Source: a virus
Lineage: Duplodnaviria; Caudoviricetes
Direction: 5' to 3' (one strand)
Virus record (IMG/VR): IMGVR_UViG_3300025120_000004
Span: 1 to 61,012 of that record
Length of the DNA: 61,012 nucleotides
Shown here: positions 55,162 through 61,012 of the stretch, one piece after another
Layout of the letters: every line of letters begins with the position of its first letter
Numbering within the stretch: the stretch's first letter is position 1
Notes under the pieces: generated by a model
The model's database searches: none
What the model was told of the DNA's origin: nothing
What the model saw: only the letters and a program-made list of their open reading frames with translations
Position numbers and translations under genes: made by a program

Positions 55162-58100
55162 TGGAAGAGTTATATAATGCACTTGTTGAACAAGGAAAAT
55201 ACACAAAATCTTTTGAGGATTTTAAAGTACAGTTTGGAGAGCCTGAAAAAACTAAACTTCTTTATGATGCATTAAATTCTTCAGGAGATTACACTAAATC
55301 TTTTGAAGACTTTACGTATCAATTTGGATTCGCTGAAAAAAAAAATCAAGTCGTTACTCCTTCCACTTCAGAAGAGGTCGTTACGGAATCCACTACAGAA
55401 ATCACGCAACCAACAATTCCTGGCTCTTCGGATTCTTCCGAAAATATTCCTGATGTACAGATTGAAAACAATGTAGAAATTAAAGAGGATTTAGAAGTTA
55501 CAGATATACCTGAACAAAAATACTCTAATGAGTTATTTGATGAATTAACTTCTCAAGTACAAATAGCTCAACAAATAAATACCGAACAAAATAAAAGAAA
55601 CTTTTATAAAAATAAAGCTGAATCTTCTTTTGTTAGAAGAAAACCGAAACCAAAAAAGAAAAATCCTGATGCCTTATTAGAAATAGATAACGATTTAAAA
55701 GAAAAAATATTAAGCGATTTTAATATTAGAAAATCTATTGAATATGGAATTGTTAGCGAAACAGATGTAGATAATGCTCTTAAAGGAGATATTAATTTAA
55801 TAAATAAATTAAAAGAAATATCTGTAAAAAATCCAAAGGAATACAAAAAATTATTAAGCGAAAAAAGATTAGATAAAACTTATGCTTTTGAAGAAACATC
55901 TGAATTAAATGAATACCAAGTTAATCAAGATGAAGAATCTAGAAGTTTAGATTTAAAGAAAAAGATTGAAGCTTATGATTTAGAGACACAAAGACTTTTA
56001 GCTGAAAATCCTAATGCAACTGAACAAGAAATAAATGAATTAGTTTATAGGCCTAACGACCCTAACACTTATACAGATGAAGAATTTGAAATTTATGAGA
56101 ATATGGATTATTCTCCAACTGGATTTGAAGATTCTAACATACATAAAATGTATGACAGTGAAAAGTTAAAGTCAATTGAAGGATTTAATGTAAAAGATTT
56201 TGATGGGTACTTAAAAGAGCAGGGATACATGGACAGATACGTGGAGCTTCTTGATGACGAAACTATATCTGAAGATGGAAGATATCAAGATTATTCAGGG
56301 AACTACAATCCAACTCTTGCAGCCGAAAGATTAAAAGCACAATATTTAACAAACTACATAAATAATCAAGTAGAAAGAAATGTAGAGTTTCAAGTTTTAG
56401 ATTATCAATTAAAAAATAAAGGCCGACACCCTTCTTTAGATGGTGTAGAAATTAGTTTTAATACAGGGGTAGATGATATTGCTATGGCTTCTTACATAGA
56501 GGAACAATTTCCTACATTAACTGCAAAGCTTAAAAACCAAGATGTTGAAAATCAAGAAAACTATCAAAGATATTTAGATGGAGATAACCCTTGGTTTACA
56601 CAATCGGTAAAACAAGGTTGGCGTTCTGTAGAAGATAGATTACATAGCTCTTCTAAAGGAGTTTATGGATTTATTGGAATGAATAGTGTGGCTGATGAAA
56701 TACGAATGCGAGATGCTCAAGATGATTTAGAGAGAGATGATTTTATGAGATATGCATATACGTCAGGTAAAAAATCTTTTTATAATGGTAGAGAGTACGG
56801 AATAGATGAAAGAGGTCAGATATTTGATTTAGAAATAAAGAAAAACGTAACAAACGTTTTAACAGATACTATGGCTGATGCTATAAGAAAAAAGGTAGCT
56901 GGAAGCAGTGAGACATTTAAAAGTTTTAGTGGCTCAGGTACGGTAATAGCAACAACAGGTATAGCTGCTGATATGTTATTGCAAATATCTCTTACTCGTG
57001 GAGTAGGTAATTTAGGTAGAGGTGGTGCGGCTTTTTTAGGTAGTTTCGATAAAGGTAAAAAAGTTGTTAGTGGATTATCTAGTATACCAATGAAAGCAAC
57101 TACAGCTTCGGCTATGATTGCTCAAGGAACATTATTTTCAACTAATTTAGCTAGTAGCACTTATGACCAGGCTATTGCTAATGGATTAGATCAAGCTACA
57201 GCTATAGAACTAAGGCAAAAGGCAGGTATGCAGGGATTTGGATTAGGGTCATTAACAGCTCCAATATCTACACAGACTCTAGCCATGAATAAAATATTTG
57301 GTAAAAAGGGAACTGAAAAACTAAGTAGAGGACTTGTTGATGCTTATCAAAAAGCAGGAGATAAAGGTTTTGCTGCATACATTCAAAGGGTTAAAGGAAC
57401 AATAATACAAAACTATCCTTCTTATTTAAAAGAAGGAGGTAAAGAGATATTTCAGGAAAATGTACAGCAGGCAGGTCAAGCTTTTGTGATTGCAGAAAAT
57501 GTAAATGAGATTGCACAAAAAGAAATAATGAATAACACCATTACAGGTGCGGAGTACACAAACACAACAATACTAGCAGGTCTTGCAGGTTTATTAATGC
57601 CTTTTGGTGGTGATCTTAAATCAGCCACATCTAAATCTATTAAGGCTAACTTTAGTCCAGGGGAAGCCGCAATTGACAGATTAGAAGCTTTACATGGTTT
57701 ATCTAAAGATGTAGATAAAACAAAAGAGTTTTTAAATAGTATGGTAACCAAAGGTGTTTATACTGAGGAACAAGTTTCTAATCTATTGTCTGATATTGAT
57801 TTGTATGTAAACACTATAAACAGTATACCAACAAACTTGAGTCCTGAAACTTCATTGTTTGTAATGCAGTCAATTAACGACATTCAAAAACAAGAGGAGT
57901 TAAAAAAGAAAAGAGATAAATCATTTCATCCAGAGATAGATGAAAAAATACAAGAACTTAGAAACGAAATAACAACACGAACTCAATTTGATTATGTTAA
58001 TGCACAAGGCAAGTTAAGGCTAAAGGACCAAGCAGCCAAAGAACTTACTAGAGAAGCAGAAGAAAGAGGAGAAAAGAATTTTACTATAGATGATGGAGCT

Positions 58101-61012
58101 ATAACTCAGAGAGCTGTAGACAACTTTAGTATAATGGATGTAGATGAAAAGTTAGAATATACAGACTTAAATAAACAAGATTTAAAAACCGATAAAAAAC
58201 AAGACGATGCCATTCAAAAGCCAAGCACAGAGGAGCAAGTGTTACAAGATGATGCAGGAAGCGAAAAAGAGGGGGGAGACTCCCAAGTGGAACTGCGACA
58301 AGTGGGAGAAGGAGACATTGAGTCAGACACTACCCAAACGAAAGAAGAAGAAAGTGAAACGCAAACCGATACAACTAGCGACACGACTACGCAGACAGAT
58401 ACTGAACAGTTAGTAACTGAAGAGACATATACGCTACCTGAAACAGAAAAGGGGAGGGAAGAAGACTTTGAGATTATAGACAATCGACAAGGTAAAGCGG
58501 ATCTAGAAATATTTGAGGATGGTGAAGGAAAATGGTATGTTGAAAACAAAAAAACAGGTAGAACTGTCGCACTTAGAACAAAGGCTCAGGCTAAGGCTGA
58601 AGTAAAAAACCCAACTTATGATTATGGTGAGGGAGATGTTATTCAGGTAACTCAAGAAACAACTAAATCAACACCTTCCCCCACAGTAGACACATCCACT
58701 GATGAGGAAGTGATGAGTGTGAACAATAAGATTGAGTCATTTGCAAATCGTATTGTTGAAGGAGGAAATCAAGAATCTTTTTCAGATGATGCAATTCAGT
58801 TTTATGCCGAAAATAGAGAAGCAATTGATAAAGCCGTTGCTCAAAAGAAAAAGAATATTCCTAAAGATAAGTCACGAGAAAGAACTTTAGCTATCAAAAT
58901 TGCTAGAGGAGATACAGAGTTCAGTAATGCAGATATAGATTTATACGCAGGTTCTGAAGCTGATGTTCAAGCTGAGGTAGAAGCTATTGCTAAAACAAAT
59001 AGTCAAACCGTAACAGCCGACACATACAAAGCCATATTAGCTTCAACAAAAAGCACTACCAATAAAGATATGGCAAAGCCTGAAACGGAAAATGCACAAA
59101 GAAAAAGATTTTGGAAATCGTGGAATCAATCTGCTAAAGAAAAGAAAATGGACTTGAAGCAGAAAAGAAAAAGTCTAAATGATGGTATAAAAGCCTATGC
59201 AAAAAAGAGAAAAGGTAAAATTACTGTTCCTCAACTTAGAGCTGTTTTAAACAAAATAAATAATGAAAAATTCAATTTAGATAATCCTGCTGCTGTCAAA
59301 GAAATTCAGCAGTATGTAGAAAAAGTTTTTTCTGATGCAGATTTTGCAAATGATATTGATATAGCAAACAAACTAAAAACAAGAGCTACTAAAAAACTAA
59401 ACTCAGGGAAACTAGGAGATAACGGAAACTTAAATGGAGCTGTGTCTCAAATAATTTTAGCTCCTGTAACTGATTTAACTCCTTCTCAACTAAAATCATA
59501 CAATGAGTTTTTACAAAAAATAGCTAAACGAGACAAAAAAACAAAATTAGATAGAGAGTTAATTCAAGAAGCAAATGATTTACTTAACTCTATAACTCCT
59601 AAGGCAGAAACTGAACAGGCGCTAGCTAAAATTGAAAAGCAAAAAGAAAGTGATAAAAAAGTAGTAAATAAAATTCTTAACCCAGAGGTAAGTGGAGAAA
59701 CTATTATAGAAGAAAACTCTGATTTCATTCAAAATAAATTAGATGCTTTAGACTCTGGCACATTAGAAATTCTTGTTGATAAAGTAAATGCAGCAGAAAA
59801 CGAAAGCAACTCAGAGCTTGTTCAAGAGTTAAATGATTATGCAGAGAATAGACAAAAGCTTATAAATAACACTACTAAAAAGTCTAGAAACGTAAACTTA
59901 AATAACCTAAGCAAAATTTCTTTAGAACAAAGTGTTGGCCCTAGAACTTTAAAAGGTTTAAATAAAGGTCAGTTAGCGATGCTTACAGGAACAGAGCTTT
60001 CTCAGCTAGATGTTTATTTAGATAATATGTCTGAAGGTTTTTATACTCATTTCACAAATAATATAGCTCAAAAAGTAGCTGCTAATGATAGGTCTGTTAA
60101 TATGAAACCTATTTTAGATAAAATGTTTACAGTAAAAGGTAAGTTTTCTACCATGAGACAGTATGCAGCTGCTAGTGTAAAAAATGAATTAGGAAAGGTT
60201 GGCTTTGGTTCTTCAAAAGCGGCTAGACAGATAGGTATTAGAGGTCAAATGATTAGGTCTAACCCACTAAGTGTCATGGATCAAATGTTTGGGAACTATA
60301 AAAACAATACTATATATGAAAATGCTATACGACCTACTGCACAAGCGCACGCTAGATTTAAAAATTGGATTAACGGACAGACTGATACTATTGATACAAT
60401 AGAGTCTTTAATAGCACCTAGTAGAACAGAAGGTATAAATCAATCGGTAAAAAGAAGATTTGAATTAACGACATACTTGCTACAATTAGAATATGAATCT
60501 AACCCAAACAAAAGGGGAACTAACCCAGCTATAAAGTTTATAGAAGATACTATAGACAGATATAATTCTGATAAAAGAGGTAGTAAGTATAATGAAAATA
60601 GTATAGCTATACTTAAGAAAATAGCAAAACAGTACAGTCAGAATGGGCAAATATCTCTCAAAAAGATGGATGATGCTATGTCTACAAAAACTAAAAAAGC
60701 ATTAAAACTATTACAAGGCATTTATTCAGGTTTAGGAGAGCTTCAATCTTATGCAACTAGAATTGTTAGAGGTAATGAACTTGACTTAGTAAATAATTAT
60801 GTTCATCATAAAGCGGATTTTAAAGGTGAAGAAATAGACGATGCTAATTTTCAAAACGCAATAAGTTTTTTAAGTTTGAAGCCAGGGACAAAATCAAGTA
60901 CATCTTTTGAAAGGGCAGGAGTAACGACTATAGATTTTGATCCTATAACAACTGCTTTAAGAGCTACAAGAAATACAGGAATGGATTATTTTATGAGTAA
61001 TGAAATATCTAC
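55161..61012 (+). CDS. 5' part of giant ~2500-aa internal virion/ejection protein
   Basis: ATG overlaps the previous TAA; MEELYNALVEQGKYTKSFEDF...; no closed ORF in the track implies the frame stays open to the window end; continues to 1778. Confidence 0.8.
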   Translation, partial: MEELYNALVEQGKYTKSFEDFKVQFGEPEKTKLLYDALNSSGDYTKSFEDFTYQFGFAEKKNQVVTPSTSEEVVTESTTEITQPTIPGSSDSSENIPDVQIENNVEIKEDLEVTDIPEQKYSNELFDELTSQVQIAQQINTEQNKRNFYKNKAESSFVRRKPKPKKKNPDALLEIDNDLKEKILSDFNIRKSIEYGIVSETDVDNALKGDINLINKLKEISVKNPKEYKKLLSEKRLDKTYAFEETSELNEYQVNQDEESRSLDLKKKIEAYDLETQRLLAENPNATEQEINELVYRPNDPNTYTDEEFEIYENMDYSPTGFEDSNIHKMYDSEKLKSIEGFNVKDFDGYLKEQGYMDRYVELLDDETISEDGRYQDYSGNYNPTLAAERLKAQYLTNYINNQVERNVEFQVLDYQLKNKGRHPSLDGVEISFNTGVDDIAMASYIEEQFPTLTAKLKNQDVENQENYQRYLDGDNPWFTQSVKQGWRSVEDRLHSSSKGVYGFIGMNSVADEIRMRDAQDDLERDDFMRYAYTSGKKSFYNGREYGIDERGQIFDLEIKKNVTNVLTDTMADAIRKKVAGSSETFKSFSGSGTVIATTGIAADMLLQISLTRGVGNLGRGGAAFLGSFDKGKKVVSGLSSIPMKATTASAMIAQGTLFSTNLASSTYDQAIANGLDQATAIELRQKAGMQGFGLGSLTAPISTQTLAMNKIFGKKGTEKLSRGLVDAYQKAGDKGFAAYIQRVKGTIIQNYPSYLKEGGKEIFQENVQQAGQAFVIAENVNEIAQKEIMNNTITGAEYTNTTILAGLAGLLMPFGGDLKSATSKSIKANFSPGEAAIDRLEALHGLSKDVDKTKEFLNSMVTKGVYTEEQVSNLLSDIDLYVNTINSIPTNLSPETSLFVMQSINDIQKQEELKKKRDKSFHPEIDEKIQELRNEITTRTQFDYVNAQGKLRLKDQAAKELTREAEERGEKNFTIDDGAITQRAVDNFSIMDVDEKLEYTDLNKQDLKTDKKQDDAIQKPSTEEQVLQDDAGSEKEGGDSQVELRQVGEGDIESDTTQTKEEESETQTDTTSDTTTQTDTEQLVTEETYTLPETEKGREEDFEIIDNRQGKADLEIFEDGEGKWYVENKKTGRTVALRTKAQAKAEVKNPTYDYGEGDVIQVTQETTKSTPSPTVDTSTDEEVMSVNNKIESFANRIVEGGNQESFSDDAIQFYAENREAIDKAVAQKKKNIPKDKSRERTLAIKIARGDTEFSNADIDLYAGSEADVQAEVEAIAKTNSQTVTADTYKAILASTKSTTNKDMAKPETENAQRKRFWKSWNQSAKEKKMDLKQKRKSLNDGIKAYAKKRKGKITVPQLRAVLNKINNEKFNLDNPAAVKEIQQYVEKVFSDADFANDIDIANKLKTRATKKLNSGKLGDNGNLNGAVSQIILAPVTDLTPSQLKSYNEFLQKIAKRDKKTKLDRELIQEANDLLNSITPKAETEQALAKIEKQKESDKKVVNKILNPEVSGETIIEENSDFIQNKLDALDSGTLEILVDKVNAAENESNSELVQELNDYAENRQKLINNTTKKSRNVNLNNLSKISLEQSVGPRTLKGLNKGQLAMLTGTELSQLDVYLDNMSEGFYTHFTNNIAQKVAANDRSVNMKPILDKMFTVKGKFSTMRQYAAASVKNELGKVGFGSSKAARQIGIRGQMIRSNPLSVMDQMFGNYKNNTIYENAIRPTAQAHARFKNWINGQTDTIDTIESLIAPSRTEGINQSVKRRFELTTYLLQLEYESNPNKRGTNPAIKFIEDTIDRYNSDKRGSKYNENSIAILKKIAKQYSQNGQISLKKMDDAMSTKTKKALKLLQGIYSGLGELQSYATRIVRGNELDLVNNYVHHKADFKGEEIDDANFQNAISFLSLKPGTKSSTSFERAGVTTIDFDPITTALRATRNTGMDYFMSNEIS
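58207..58413 (+). CDS. Overprinted small basic protein (MPFKSQAQR...) in +1 frame of the giant gene
   Basis: A-rich start context, protein-like sequence, local codon anomaly in the host frame. Confidence 0.55.
   Translation: MPFKSQAQRSKCYKMMQEAKKRGETPKWNCDKWEKETLSQTLPKRKKKKVKRKPIQLATRLRRQILNS
58707..58726 (+). repeat. Dispersed motif copy (GAAGTGATGAGTGTGAACAA)
   Basis: 58711-58725 is identical to 13131-13145. Confidence 0.75.
60886..61012. repeat. Terminal direct repeat copy 2
   Basis: Identical to 1-127. Confidence 0.95.

Noticed and set aside
56190-56215. Virion RNA polymerase catalytic motif in the giant protein (KDFDGY)
   Set aside because: Lacks the third Asp of DxDGD/DFDID; no other RNAP motifs recognised
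60886-61012. 127-nt repeat as a biological terminal repeat
   Set aside because: Length equals a standard assembler k-mer and it falls in the middle of an open reading frame
1-61012. Alternative genetic code or prophage state
   Set aside because: Long genes are intact under code 11, with TAG, TAA and TGA all ending ORFs; no integrase, repressor cassette or host flanks recognised

Overview
This is a complete, circularly closed tailed-phage genome of about 60,885 bp. The last 127 nt (60886-61012) repeat the first 127 nt, a typical assembler overlap. It is AT-rich and carries many Bacteroidota-type TAnnTTTG promoter boxes with A-rich translation starts, so the host is probably a Bacteroidota (Flavobacteriaceae-like) bacterium; gene order suggests a podovirus-like virion (both are inferences). 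There are two arms. The minus-strand early/replication arm (19159 to 1779) encodes small genes, an amidoligase plus GATase-GGCT pair, a C5 methyltransferase, Sak3/RecE-like recombination, SSB, a primase-helicase, an SNF2-like helicase, VRR-NUC, two DnaA-C-like proteins and a metallophosphoesterase. The plus-strand late arm (19716 through the junction to 1778) encodes GroEL/GroES, tail and receptor-binding proteins, small basic proteins, lysis genes, terminase, portal, capsid, tail rings/nozzle and ejection proteins, including a ~2500-aa ORF missed by the ORF track. I recognised no DNA polymerase, RNA polymerase, integrase, full tRNA or CRISPR array. The most notable hidden signals are: (i) three apparent cases of dual-frame coding (a -1 slippage product at an A10 run, an overprinted MPFKS.. 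basic protein, and a lipoprotein-like ORF nested in terL); (ii) a 19-20 nt motif present four times, antisense in two intergenic early sites and sense inside two genes; (iii) a ~720 nt structured non-coding region with two boxA-like sites and a tRNA T-arm mimic; (iv) an iteron/IHF/AT-tract origin-like element duplicated over the primase start codon. All family calls come from motif recognition by eye; no searches were run.
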